DNA of 52,547 nucleotides, filler included, from Bipalium vagum (Eukaryota): NCBI GenBank assembly GCA_037834085.1. It is 3 parts of 3 records of this genome, joined end to end, with 100 filler letters (N's around TTAATTAATTAA, not from the genome) between each part and the next. Parts side by side here need not be neighbours in the genome. Positions count along the whole stretch, not along the records: positions 16,616 to 35,086 come from JBBMKC010028372.1; positions 35,187 to 52,547 come from JBBMKC010063816.1; 1 more part is not named here. One strand, written 5' to 3'. Of this stretch, positions 25,180-39,199 are shown in pieces. The notes below the pieces were generated by a model. The model saw only the letters and a list, made by a program, of their open reading frames with translations. It was not told the origin of the DNA and made no database searches. The translations under genes were made by a program, and so were the position numbers. How positions within the stretch are numbered: position 1 is the first letter of the stretch; every line of letters begins with the position of its first letter.

Positions 25180-25890
25180 AAACTTGTCTACGACTGATTA
25201 GTCGTCAACTAGAATAGTATAAAAGGAGAAGGATTTCTCCATATTTTCGCCCTCAACTAGATCAGAAGAAAAAGTAGTGGTAATCTTATTATTGAAGTTT
25301 ATTTCTAAAAAATATTTATTACTGAAGAGAAGTTAATTTCTGAAAGAAGATTTTGTTTTATTGAAGCCTAGTAGTAGAAAGAAGCAGATAGATTGAAAAA
25401 TATCATGATTAAAAAAAAACCCTTATTGCCATTCTGAGAATCATTTTATTGTTAATCAAGTACGTTGGTATACTGACATTGGTCCTGGGATTGTGCTTAA
25501 GTTCCCACCAGAGGGATATCTCCAAGCAACTGTAAAGGCTCAGCTGATAATTCGGGAAGCTTGAACGTATATAACCCGTAGGCTCATTTTATTTTTCTTT
25601 TAACATTTTTTATATTAATTATTATTCAAGTTTGATTGTCGATTTCATTAACTTTAAGTATTTATTTTGTTTTAATTAACTGATTCGATTTTATCGAACT
25701 TTTTGTGCTTGATTGATTACCTAAGATAATTTCAGACATTATTGTGATCCCCTTTTGTTAAGTTTGACACTTTGTGAAATTGTTATCAGTTTGATTTATT
25801 GCGATATAAATACAAGTTATTGCCTTACTGATTGTTGTTTTTTTGCACCACCTAAGAGTTTGAGTCAGGTTTAAAGTTTGATACAATAAA
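25180..25890 (+). mobile_element. Divergent LTR-like module (TATA box, hairpins, GC-rich stem, T/G-rich tail)
   Basis: TATAAAAGGAGA at 25218; hairpins 25190-25205 and 25225-25240; stem ttaagttccc/gggaagcttga (~25507-25564); gatataaatacaagtt (~25803) resembles gatataaataaagtt in the 0.5-2.5 kb element. Confidence 0.45.
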
Positions 25891-27188
25891 AAGTAAACAA
25901 TATTTAAAAATAATATTATATATACAAATAATATTATGTATACTATATAATATAATAATTTACGTTATATATTAATTAATGGTCTTAAATTTTTCTGATT
26001 AAATAATTCGATAAAACTTTTCAATTTTATTTATTTTCAAAAATATTAACCGTCCTTTTTCAATTATTTGTTTTGCCGAATTAATTTCCAATTCTGTATT
26101 ACTATTGAATAAAAGTAGCTTATTCTGTTTATTGAATAAAAATTTTTAAAAATTTTCCTTAGAAATAAATTAAATTCGTTAATTCTATGAAAATGGAACA
26201 AGGAAATAATTTAATTTAACAAACTTATAGTATTATATAGAAGTCCTTTTATTAATACCAATTTTCATAGATAGGCCGCAAAGAAACTGATAATGTTATT
26301 TATGGTTTTTAGTTATATATATAAGGATACTCTAATGAAGTGATTACCATCTATCGTTATTACTGACTCTCAACTCCATCCAACTGGCTCTCGGGGATTT
26401 TGTTGCTTTAAGATAAATTTGATCCAATTCGGTCTTACATATCTTACTTATTCTAGCACCAAAAGAAAAATTAATTACATTTGTCAATAACAGCTCACTA
26501 ATTAACTACCATGTACTCACTTATCAATCGTCGAAAAACCAATCTGAGATATAATAATCTATTTACTTTTATTTTTCTATGTTAAATCTATTACGCCTTT
26601 CATCGCAAGAAATTCATTAATGGGTTCAGAGTTTCCATAAATCAATTCGTGGAAGCATGGTAAATATTGATGATTTGAAAGAATTGTATAATTTATATAT
26701 ATTTAACACTTTACATTGCTTAATTGCATTATTATTATTGTTATCATTTTGAGGGTTTTACAATATTAATATATTAATTTCCATTGGTTATATATTTATT
26801 AATTAATTATCCAATAAATATATTTGTTTTAATTTGATTTACAAATTTTATTATTTAAGTATTTTTCTAATAATATTGAATCTTTGTTTTCCATTTTAAG
26901 TTTTATAAAAGAATTTTCATAATTGTGCTTACAATATCATTTTTACATTTCTTTTTATTCTGAAGTTTAGTAAATTTTGAAATATTTAATGATATAATTT
27001 TAACATTTTTTATTTTTACCGAAAATAATATTTTCATCTTTTTAATATTTACTGTTACGATATAATTTAAAAGAGAATTTTCAAATAAAATGTTTTATTA
27101 TGCATTATTATGTCATGAAATTTAATGTTGAGGAATATTGTGTGATATTAAATCTTAATAAATTCAAAATTAAATGTCTAATAATTAT

Positions 27189-27254
27189 TTTTTGTTTTTA
27201 TCAACAGTTTGAGTTATATTATAATATAAGTCAAACTGTTGATAAAAACAAAAA
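27189..27254. repeat. 66-bp near-perfect palindrome with no spacer
   Basis: tttttgtttttatcaacagtttga-g-ttatatta|taatataa-g-tcaaactgttgataaaaacaaaaa, with a single G/G mismatch. Confidence 0.9.
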
Positions 27255-28660
27255 TGCAAGATAAAAAAACTAAAAATTTGATTTATTTATCGAGTATCAG
27301 ATTCCATGATTTCATTTTATCTTGTACATTTTTGTTTCAAACTATTGATTAAATAAATGTAATTAAACTTTATTAAAATCAAATTTGGATACAGAGTCAA
27401 CATCTTTATATTTTAGGTATAATACTAAAGTCTAGAAGAATAATCGAGTAGATATACTAAATAGAATTATTAGGTCCACCTCAGCGAAGCACGTTATATA
27501 ATAATTTAAGATAAAATATAATAATTAATAATTGTAAAGTAAATTAATAGATATAAAAATATTGTTAAGTCTCTTAAAAAATGAACCGGGTTACGAGCTT
27601 AACGGTTAGAAGGTTTTAGAAGCGTGTTGTTCTATGATTTTTAATCGAGTAAAATAACGATTTATTGATACGAAAAATTATTGATACAAAATGACAATAT
27701 AATTGTGTGAATTTACAGACTAAGAGTGATTGCTATTTCATCAATCCTCTGTAAGAAAACTTTCTCAGAGTTTAGGATCATTTAAAGGAAGGAATTCTTT
27801 TCGCTCTGATAAAAATATCAGTGACTCAAAAGCTCTCAAAGATATGCAATCCGCCACCCTAATTAGTGTGTGAACTGCGAAAAAAAATCTGCAACAGAAA
27901 TGAAGAAGGAACAAAAAAGAATTACTTGATTTTAGGGCTAAACCCTAATATTTACTTTTCAGATAATTATTTTAACAATTGTGTAATTTGTTAAAATTAC
28001 CAATTGGAGGATTGAATTTAATATTTTATTAAATTATTTAAAATTATAGTAATTGTTTAACTCTGTAGAATTACCAATTACGAAAAACTTGTTATTAAGA
28101 AAAATAATATATAATAATTTATAATTCAAACAATTTACTTGAAAGCATAAAAGCCGATAATAAATATTTTTGAGCGATGATTTATTTATATTGGTATTTT
28201 GAATGAGTCTAGCTGGTCCGTCTTGGAATTCCTCTGAGTTATTTTCTTTAAACTTATCTAATATAATTTCTTTTGAGTGTCATTTTATTGTGCGATTGTT
28301 AATAAAATGTGGCTCATATTTATATTTAATTTTTACTAGCTACTTTATTTTTAGTAGCAAACTTTTACTAAAATAATAAATTTAATATTTTTTATATATA
28401 TAAATCTTCCTAATAATAACTTTCGACCATTAATTTTTTTTGTAAAATATTTTTAGTAAGTTTTATTTACTATATAATTTTAGAAGACATTTTTATATAT
28501 TTTTTGTTTTAATTTATGTACAACGATAATAACAATAATAATTATTATTATTTTATTTAATTTTTATTATATATTTAATTTTTGGGAAAGAATTCTTTTG
28601 ACAAAATATAGAAATATAAAAAATAAACATACAACTAATTAAATAAAACAAAGTTTTTAT

Positions 28661-29242
28661 TCAATAATCAAATAATAATATAATTGTCACAGAAATATTA
28701 TATTGCCATTTGGGATGTTTGGATGGTTTTAGAAGTCTCCACAATAAGAATCCTGCTTTCAAAAAACTCTCGTCTGACCATATTATCTTGTTGACCAAGG
28801 AAAAGTCATTTTGGAATTGTACCAACATTATCTGACAAAATTCCATTCTTCGGTCAAAGTCTTCATCGCTGATCTCAATTAGGGTTGACGGCTTAAATGA
28901 ATGAAAGCCTGCTTCATTAATTGTCTTGTAATAAATGCTTACAGTCAGGTCAAGTTCCCTAGCACCCTGCCAAACTGCCAAATTGCTAGATTCTTCAACC
29001 AATTTTTTAACTCTTTGAAATGTTTTCGTTGTTAATACTGAACCAAGTCGGCTGGATTTTACTTGGTCATGAACACTTCCAGTCTTCTTAAACTTTTCCA
29101 CTATTTTTTTAATTGTTTGCCTACATGGTAGTGGAGTGATAAACGTCTTTTTCCAATGCCTAATTACTTCTTCAAAATTATCAAATTTGGAGTTCCATAC
29201 AGCAATTTGAGTTCTTTCTTCCATCGAAAAACGCAAAGCCAT
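28661..29242 (-). mobile_element. 3'-truncated Tc1-like transposase ORF (HTH domains through the first catalytic Asp)
   Basis: 193-aa ORF with TIKKIVEKFKKTGSVHD, RRMEFC and KIIWSDES, then unrelated sequence. Confidence 0.8.
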
Positions 29243-29452
29243 TTTATTTTAAAATTAACTAAATGGGTTATTAAACTTTTAATCCATATAAACAAATTAG
29301 TAATACCTTTATTTTTTAACTTGTAATTTGAAAATAAAGTATGCCAACATACCATAATAAACACCTAGTACATTAACATATATCACTGATTAAAATCTTT
29401 TTTGATAAAATTGTTGTTTAAACAAAATATCAAACTCAAAAATGTCAAAATA

Positions 29453-30340
29453 TTAGGTCGCTTAGAAATTAATGTCGGTTTTATAAATCCATTTTATTTA
29501 ACGTTAGTTTACCATAATTTTGTGGTTTTTAAATATATTTTATATATCATTTTAAAGCGTAAAATTTAAATTATATTTTGTACGCATTTCGTAATTATTT
29601 AATTGTAAATAACGTTATTATTAATATTTTAAGGTAACATGGAAAATAATCAATTACGTACAATTTACTTATATGAATTTAAGCTGAGTCACAGAGCAGC
29701 AGAAACAAGTCGGAACATCAAACTAGAATTGGTTCAACGTTGGTTCAAAAGATTTATCGACGGAGATGAGACACTCGAAGATAATTAAATTGTGGTCAAA
29801 GGAGTTCAATCAATAATGACGAATTGAAAGCATTGGTGGATGCGAATCCACGTACCACAGTTAGAGACCTAGCAAAATAGTTAGGTGTAACAATTGGAGA
29901 AATTTTGACCCATCTGAAAGAAATTGGGAAATCCGACAAGTGGATCCCTCACGACCTAAACGAAAATCAGAAAAATCGACGGTTTGAACTTGCGTCTTCT
30001 CACATGTTTCGCAACAGTAATAAATCCTTTTCTCGACCGGATTGTGACGACTAATGAGAAATGGATAATGTACGACAACAAACGGCGGTCACCTCAATGG
30101 TTGGACCATGAGCAAACTCCGAAACATTTTGCAAAGCCGACGTTACACCAAAAGAAACTGATGGTGACTTTTTGGTGGTGTGCACGTGGTCTAATTTATC
30201 ACAGCTTCTTGAAACCAGAAGAATCAATTACGGAAGAGTTATACTGTAAGCAAATTGAAGAAATGCACTTGAAACTTCAAGAGCATCATTCAGCTTTGGT
30301 CAATAGAAAGAGAGCTGTCCTATTGCACGACAATATATTC
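29453..30340 (+). mobile_element. 3'-truncated mariner (Hsmar1/cecropia-like)
   Basis: Left TIR TA-ttaggtcgcttagaaattaatgtcggtttt; MENNQLRTIYLYEFKL, KWIPHDL, IVTTNEKWIMYDN, MVTFWW, LLHDN. Confidence 0.9.
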
Positions 30341-30499
30341 TAAAAATTTACTGAAACTCAAGTTACATCATTATATAACCAAAAAAACTCCAAAAGAAAC
30401 GGAAAAAAATTTATGAACATGACAATGTTTTTTTCTTATCAAAAAATCACTTATACTCAGTTGTTTCTGTTTTTTATTTTGTAAATCATATAGTTAGTA

Positions 30500-31636
30500 T
30501 TATTGCCATTTCTCCAGAGCTATAATTCAATGTGAGGTGAAAATCAAGAATTTCACGGTATGTGAGTTTTATTTCATTCGGCGTATTTAATTCTGAATTG
30601 TCATTAATTTCATAATGATTATCTCTTTCCAGATCAGCATCATTTAAGTAATGTCAATAAATTGATTATCGTCAACATCAATTACTTTATGTATCTCTGC
30701 ATTTTTGATTTCAAAATTATTATTATCGTTCACAGAATTTTTTTTAACGACCTGTCCAAACAGTTTGCTATAGTCTGTTCACTAACTCTTATCCAGCACT
30801 GATTCAACATAAGATATATCTGAATTCAAACTCAAATCAGTAGGATATTTATCCTTGAAAGCCTTTATTATATCTTGATTTAAAGGTTGTATTTTGGAAG
30901 TACAATTCTTTGCCAACAACAATAAATCAATATGAGAAGATTCTAAATCAATTGAATAAACAGGTGTATTATTCAACACTAGCACTATTTTGCGATTAAC
31001 CTTGCATTGTAGAGTTCTAATTTATTAACCAGATATAAAAAATTTCTGAGGTTATCCAAACTTTATTTGATAATTTGTGATCAAATCTTAGTTTTTTAAA
31101 GAATGATTATTTTTTGGGAAGTTTAGATTTTGAAATTGATACTATATTTAACTTTTTCTCTCAACACACTTACACAGTACAGCAAAGTGATTCTTTCTCT
31201 TTTATATCCACGAAGATTATCATCTTTTATATTAAATGTTTTTTTAAATGCTGCTCAAAAACATCGGTTCGGTTTCGTCTACATTAAAACTTGCTTTTTA
31301 TCATATTCAGAAATATCTTCATAGTTCTTATTACATTTCCATCAACAAAAGCACTCAGATTATATCGTCTTTCACTAAAATTAAAACATATCATTTGAAG
31401 CAGAAAATTTTTCAATATTGAAACCTACTGCTAATTTCTAAGTCATTGTTTTCAGATTAATTTCCGAAACCGGAAATTTATTATAACATTTTAGTAGAAA
31501 CTAATGGAATAAAGGTCCAATAAAATTATTAATGATCCTCAATGTTCTTTGAGTTTTAAAATATAAAAATTATATTTCTCATTGCTTAATGCTAATGTTG
31601 GTTATCAAGAGGGTTCGTCATTTATAGGTTAGACTG
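30500..31636 (-). mobile_element. Decayed pogo/Tigger-family (DDE_1) transposon
   Basis: TA-CAGTCTAACCT terminus at 31636; LVLNNTPVY and NCTSKIQPLNQDIIKAFK correspond to the LLLDNAxxH and NTTSxxQPLDQGII motifs. Confidence 0.8.
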
Positions 31637-33553
31637 TACATATAATGTGGCTAAACATTTATCGAATATCCTTTTTTTAAAAATATAAATTTTAAATGTT
31701 TGTTTAACTCAATAAATACAGAAGTCATATTTGTACATGAATTAAATTGAGAAATGTTCCAAAACTTATCATAGACGATAATAATAACCAATTACTTAAT
31801 GATACTTTAACTTTTATTTATAGTACATAGGACGCCCAAACAGCTTACATTATTAATTATACTTTTAAAATTATTTGTCGACTATTTCTAATTATTTTTA
31901 ATTATTTTAGTTTAAAAAATTATTTTTATAAATAATATTATATATATATATATTATATATTATAAATTATATTTTATAATAGAAGTGAAAAATCAATTAC
32001 CTTAAGAAATTGTATAAAATATTTTCTTTTTATAAAGTTCGTTTTAAATTTTATAACAAAGCAATTATTATTATTATTATATTTTTTTATTACTCATGCC
32101 ATTAATCATATTATATTATATGTAATATTTTTCCTACACCTTTCACAGTAAGGAGGAAAATCCTGTTGCAATTTCACTTATTGTAATCCAAGAGGAAAGG
32201 AAATCCAGAGTTAAAAAGGGATATTGTGTAAGAGAGCAATTAAGATTTGGGTGTACATATTTGTCACTATGGTTTTAGGAGTTTGCAAATCCTGTTATAT
32301 CATTATTTAAAATATTTTAACAATAAAAGGTAAAATTTTATTTTCCTGGAGAAAAACTTCAGTACAATATTTTAATATATTTTCATCTTTGCCTGTTCCT
32401 CTTGTAACATCTTGATAAATATTAATTATATATTGTTCTCCACTGGGTGCTGGTTGCAACCTCCAAATTATGTACCATGTTGCACTTGACCAAGTTGAGT
32501 AAAAGTAAAGCAAGAAAATGAAATTCTCTTTCATTTTCTATCAGATATATTTGCATCCAATCCGATAATTAAATTATAAGTTTTTATTCCATTTTTATTA
32601 ACGAAATTAATTATAATCAAAAATCTAAAATTTTATTATTCCGTTGAGATTTAGAACGGTAAAATTTTAGTTTTCATGAAAAATATTGTCACCATTGAAA
32701 ATTTTATTATTTATTCACCAGATGTTTTGCAGGACGTGGGTCCTGAAGTTACATGGAAAGCTGTTCTCTGTATTTTTCAAGTCTTCATGACCTCAAATAT
32801 TTTTTTATTAATAAATTTACTTCATAATTTGAGATTTTTGTCATTTTTGATAAAATGTTGTGCTTTTTAACCAAAAGCGGAAATGATCCTGTTTTCCCTT
32901 TTATTCTTAATAAAAGAAGTACCTTTTTTCCTTCATATTTCATTGGAACAGCTTTCTTTATTGTTTACCTTCTTTAACCAGAAATAGTTTTATTCCTAAA
33001 AAGATTTTAAGAAATGGAAAAGTATAAATTAAGTATATTTTAATGCGGATTTCCAAGGCCGATAATCTTTCCAGTTTTTAATTTATTTATTAACGTAAGT
33101 TTTCAAGATTAGAAAAATAATCTGTACTTTGTACCACTGAAAAGAGGAACAATATTAAATGGTAAGTGTAATGAATATCAAGTCAGGAGTAATATTAAAA
33201 ACTGAAAGTAAAACCGTCCGTCCTCATGTTACAACATCTGTCACATTTACTTTAAAAGAACTAAAAATTATTACCATACCTGTGGCCCTTGATTGACTCA
33301 AAACTAAATGTTTGAATGAAAAATTCATATATTATGATAAAATATTATTAATGATGAAAATTATTCGTGATAAAGGCTTGCTGCGTATTTTGTAAATGTG
33401 ATTGAATGTCTATAAGGTAAAACGACTGAATGAAACACTTAATTATAAATTGAAATATCAAAAATTCGTTGATAAAAGGAGAAATATTCTTTGTAAACAA
33501 ATTATAAGATAAAAAAGATGTTAAAATATTTAATTTTGAAATTCAACTAAATA

Positions 33554-34122
33554 TTAGGTTGGTGCATAAGTTCTGTAGCACTTAAAAAATATTAGTATTA
33601 TTAAAGCTAATCAATAATATTATTTGAGCACTGCTTGTTTAAATATTCTTATTTCATTATATCCATTAACTCAAGATATAAGTAAAGCATTTAATAAAAT
33701 AAGATTAATAATTTTAGATGTCTTTGAATTGAAATGAACTGCGAATTCTTATTCGCTATTGAGGGAAGCGCAGACTGTCTACAAAAGAAGCTGCAAAAGA
33801 AATATTTGGTGTTAAAAGCGAAGGGACCTTCCACGATACATCTTACAGTCCCAATGCCTCACCTTCTAATTATGGACTTTTCTCTCAATGCAGCAGAACC
33901 TGCGAGGTAAGCAATTCAAGTCAGTGGATAAAGTTGATGATACAATGATTTCTTTCAATCAAAGTGCACGGGTTCCAATGCTTGCAGATCGGTGGGAGAA
34001 CATTATAAGAAATGCAGGACTTTACATTGAAAATTAGATTCCAATGTTTTTGTTTTGTTTAATAAATTTTTGTTATAAATTTAATTGTTCTGTAAATGTT
34101 GCAGAACGTATGCTCCAACCAA
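33554..34122 (+). mobile_element. Short internally deleted mariner (~570 bp) with TIRs
   Basis: Ends ttaggttggtgcataagttctg / cagaacgtatgctccaaccaa with TA flanks; SYSPNASPSNYGLF remnant. Confidence 0.78.
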
Positions 34123-35011
34123 TAATATAATTTAAATTAATTATAAATATTTTAAATAATGAATTATTAACGTTTAATATGAAAAAATATTTTTATTCAC
34201 TTTGTCTTATTCAACTTGGTTTATACGGAAAATATTCAACACATTTTATTCGAACATTAAAAAATCTGTAGTGATTGATGTGATAGTAATAGAAAGCAAT
34301 CAACATTTTAATCACATTTCTTACCACTGCTTAATTATTGTAATAATTATTATAATATTAAATAAACAGTCTTTTTGAATAAATATTTTTTTATGACTTT
34401 CAATTGAACGAAGAATTTATTATTAAATAAATAAAAGAAAGCTGTCAGTTGAGTTACGTGCCTCCTATTATCTCTTCTCAGAGTAAAGTTGGAAAACAAA
34501 AGAAATTGAATTATATTATTTAATATATTAATTTATTCGAAAATTTTTATTTATTTAAGTCACACTAACAAATACTGTCATGTGAGATTGGAATCCTTGT
34601 AAAACAATAAAAAGAAATATTAACAATTTTATATATTTCAAAAAGGGATAAATATAAAATTCATGGACTTCATTGAATATTCAGAGTTTGTAAAGTTTGG
34701 GTAAATTTAAAGTGATTTTAGTGATTTTTTATTAAATATAATTTTCAAAAATGAATATGATATTTGTTTTAGAGCAACTAATATATAATTTTTCTAAACA
34801 TTTCTATTAATTAAAATTTTTAGTTATAAATATTAAGAAAAAAGTGAATAAAAAAAATTTATATCATAAAATATATTATTGGGGTATTTTTATATTATAT
34901 ATTTATATTTTATATATTCAAAATACAGTAAGGGTCAGGTTTCATAGTCAAGAAATTGTATCTTTGAATTTCTTTTCCTTCTTTTTTCTGGGATACAATT
35001 TTGACATAATA

Positions 35012-35013
<2 letters not shown>

Positions 35014-35086
<73 letters not shown>
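35014..35086. repeat. (TTA)n microsatellite running into an assembly gap
   Basis: About 24 perfect TTA units before the N run. Confidence 0.97.
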
Positions 35087-35186
35087 NNNNNNNNNNNNNN
35101 NNNNNNNNNNNNNNNNNNNNNNNNNNNNNNTTAATTAATTAANNNNNNNNNNNNNNNNNNNNNNNNNNNNNNNNNNNNNNNNNNNN
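35087..35186. other. Assembly gap with artificial TTAATTAATTAA linker
   Basis: Same 100-bp construct as 16516-16615. Confidence 0.92.
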
Positions 35187-36029
35187 ATAATAGATGAATG
35201 ATGCCTTTAGTCAGAGGCTAACAGAATCTTATGCAGAATTTTACAAGATTTTTCTTGATGCTATACCAATTATTAAAATTTGTTCGTAATGTGTTTACAA
35301 TGTACGATTTCTAGTAATAAATTTTAAACGTATTTTTTCTTGTTTGACAAATTAATGAAATGAAAAAAAATCTAAGGGTATGTCAATTATCAAATAATGC
35401 AGTTTTTTTTTCAAGATTAGGTTCATCAATTTATCCATCGTCCTGTTTGCAATAATTAACTTAATAATCAACCAACCAGGATTTTGCTCAAGAACACTAT
35501 AAAGAAATTTTATTATGCAAAAGAATTAAAACCCTCATTTTAATTATATTTCAAATATAAATAAAATTTATATGTAGTTTTAAAAATGAGTTATTTATTT
35601 CATGAAAATAAATACAATTCATAAAATTTTATTAATGAAATATTCTATTTATTAAAATACGAGATCAAATTTTACTGCTAATAAAATGGAAAATTTAATG
35701 TTATCATTTTAATTAACAAATTTTTGGATATTAAGCCTGTAATTAAATAGCTTAATGCAATATTTTTAAGATGGGTGATTTGTAAGTTATAAAATGACTT
35801 AAGTTCAAAGAAAAGTTATGAAGCTTGTTATTTTAATAAGTTTTATAGTTCCTAATATTTTAAAACATAATATACTAAATTAAAATTTATCTTTAATACA
35901 AATAAAATAAGATACAAATAATAATTTTAAGTTGCCATTTCTTTAAAGATATTTTGTTATTAAATTCACAAAAATTTTATTTAATAAAAGATTGTTTTAG
36001 TTACTTGCTGAAGTCAAAATTATTTAATT

Positions 36030-37795
36030 ATGGCTAATGTTAATTGTTATATGCCTACAAATGTGAAACCAGACCAACCTGTAAATTCTCAATATATACA
36101 AAAAGTATATACTAGAATTAAACTGTGAAAATTAAAATTACTGATTTTAGATTTTAGACGAAAATGTAGGACTAATTCACGCTATTATTGAAAAACAACA
36201 ACAAAACCAGGAAGCTGAAGATCTATTAAAAAGCTTGCACAAAAACTTAATTTATTTAGCAACAATTGCTGATCAGACTACTTCAGCTGGAAATACTTCA
36301 AATGCAGTACCGGTTCAACAGCATCAGTATAATTACCCTCAATCCCAAATTGCTCACCCACCCTTATCAAATCAAAATTTTCCATCTAGCATGTCTCAGC
36401 ATCCAAGCCAATCTTCGCCGTATGTGACCCAATCCTCTATGGTAATATCACAAAGTGGACCTATAGGTTGTTTATATTAAGACAATTATTTTCTATTTTG
36501 CTATTCAAATAAAATTTATCAATTAAGTAGCTCAATTTAGTAAATCTTTACTTGGCTACGTTAATTATTTATGCTATTAAATAATAAAATCAAAGTAATA
36601 TATAAATTTATTACAAATCATTCAAAAGTGATTTCAATCACAATAAGTTTGAATAAACAATTTTCCTGATTAGATCTCAAAATTGTTTAGTTGGATATGA
36701 TTGTAAACATCACTTGTATTTATAATTTATATGTATGATTATAAGCACTCCATGAATTTTCTATATTTTTTGTGTATACAATGGTCCAACAGATTCATAA
36801 TTTTCTTGATAAAATAATTAACATTCGTAATGTAAAGTTTTTTAGCAATATTTTATTAATTTAAACATAATTTACATAAATAATTAACATGTAAAGTACC
36901 TCAATTTAGACCAATTTTTTAATTTTTAGAAACTTTGGAAAAGAAGCCGCAATCTTCAAACGATGATTCTTATAAAGAAATCAATATCAAACCAGAATCG
37001 ACTTCATCTGTCAATGTCGATATAGATAGAGACATGGAAAAATGCCACCTTATGAGATCAGAGCCGAATCATCATCCGGTAGCAGTGAGCCATAAAAACG
37101 TTGATATCGACAAAGACTGCTCCATGGCACCGGCTTCTGAGATGGCCAAAGAAATCGGTCCTCAATCTTCTGCGAACAGTTCGGAATACATTCAGAAATT
37201 TGACGAGACTAACGCCTCCACGACTTCATCGCACATGCCGAATCCACCAACCATCAAGACCGACATGCCGCCACCGTCACAGCCCATCGGCGGCATACAT
37301 CAGGATAAAAACCCAATGCAGCAGCAGCAGCAGTATCCGGGTAACCAGAGAAACATGTATCCTGGTGTGGCACCGGGCTACAATCAATACAATCCACATT
37401 TCGATCAGAATAGTAAATTTTATCCTCAAAACATGTACCAGCACTCATACAATTATCAAGGCGGGGCCATGTACAACCCGTACAACCAGCCCGTGGCCCC
37501 GCCGCCCGCCGGGCCCGGTCATTACAACCAACACATCATGAACTCGCCCATGTATCCACAGTATCCATACTACCAGCAGCCCGGAACCATGGACCAGATG
37601 CCACCAGGACCTCCCAAGGATGCGTGTTTGCCCCAACAAATGTATCCTCCTAACACAATGCCCCAATCGATGTACCCCCCTCCACCTCAGAACTCAATGC
37701 CTCAGCCGATGCACCCACCGAGCACGTTGTCGCAGTCGATGAAAATTCAAAATTCCGAATCGTTGACTCCGTCAAACTCCCATATTGCTGAATAG
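36030..37795 (+). CDS. SS18: SS18/SSXT-family BAF-complex coactivator (SNH domain plus QPGY-rich tail); exons 36030-36104, 36151-36466, 36930-37795
   Basis: The spliced ORF is 1257 nt. IQK|ILDENVGLIHAI...LHKNLIYLATIAD matches the SSXT domain, and the C-terminus is Q/P/G/Y/M-rich low-complexity sequence. Confidence 0.92.
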
Positions 37796-39199
37796 TGTTG
37801 TGCCCACACTTCCGAGGATCTAATTTTCGAAATGAATTAATGTCTTGAAGAAATCGATTTGTAGCACAATGTATATCAACCGATTTCTTTGAATTGTGCA
37901 TTGCTTAGAATGTTAGTTACGTTTACAAATGCAATCGTAATGGTTCGTTATGTCTTTTTATTAATACTGCTATCTTCAAAAAGTTTATAAACGGTTAAAT
38001 ATTCATTTTACAATGTTCAGATTTCATATTAGTATCGATTAGTTTTTATTAGTAATACTATGAATTTTTGTTAATGTCCTTAGTAGGATTATTTTTATTT
38101 AAATAATATCAAGTATAAATATTAACGATTTTTATAATTTGACATTGCAACTAAATATTTTCTGCTTTGTAAGTAAAAAGTTTTTCGGATTTTCATCTAC
38201 TCAAATTATTTTAATTATTATATAAAGGTTATAAATGGAATTTTAAAAAATAAGGAGCTGTGAAAAATTATCGCAAAAAACAAAGTCCGCAATATATTAA
38301 GATAATATTTACTTTATAGTAATAATTTTTTAATTAAATTAAGAAAGTATATTCTTGATATAAATATTACTGACAGAATATGAAATAAAATGTAAGAATT
38401 AAATTCTTAATTTACTACAGAAAATTTTTTATTTCAAGATATTTTGAAAATCTTTACATAAGTTTATTCAAAATACAATTGTTTTCTCAAATCAATTTGA
38501 CCAAAAAATTTGATTCATCTATAAATGAAAAAATCTCATCTCAAAATTTGAGTGCAAACTGTAGTTGTGTTTAGATTTAGTACGCAAAGGGTACTATTTT
38601 TAACAACCCTGTGTTATAAGCAGACCAATCATAACACAGGGTTATTTTTAGATTTTATTTTATATAGGTATTAATGCTGCGAAAGCAAAATAGAACCAAA
38701 TAAACTTTGCAGTGCTCTCCAATCCGTTATCATTTCAAAGGAACCATATTAGAAAATTGATTTGTATTTTGGCTAACCCAACACTAATTAAATGAACAAA
38801 TTTTTATGAATTAACAAATAAAATTGTTTATTGATTCACTAAATCAAAGTTTTTGGTCTTGCCAGCTTTTAGAAGAGGGTCCGAAGATATAACGTAAATC
38901 AGTATTGTGTATTCATGAAGAGATTGACGGAATATATCAAGATGAAAGTTTACAAGCCGAAGATGAACGAGGACAAAAAAATTGCAGACTGGTCTGCTCA
39001 CATTTCTTCTTTGAGGTCCAGACAATAACTATGAATAGAAATCGATGTGTAAAGTATGTATTGATGTTTAAGACGGATGATAGTAGACAGTTGAGTTTCA
39101 TATCCAAATTACTTAGAAAGTTGATTCACTTTTTGAATTGTGAAGTAATTGATTCGTAAACTGAACTATTTCTCAGATAGATAATGTTTGAAATGTTTT

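Noticed and set aside
33150-33310. Possible spliced USP-like CxxC exon on the minus strand
   Set aside because: The frame stops shortly after the motif and no other USP boxes were found.
34844-35134. Poly-leucine ORF
   Set aside because: Translation of a (TTA)n microsatellite and Ns.
37101-37901. Alternative-frame and antisense ORFs over SS18 exon 3
   Set aside because: Expected shadows of a GC-rich low-complexity exon. The same applies to ORFs antisense to PA2G4 and the STK31-like exons.
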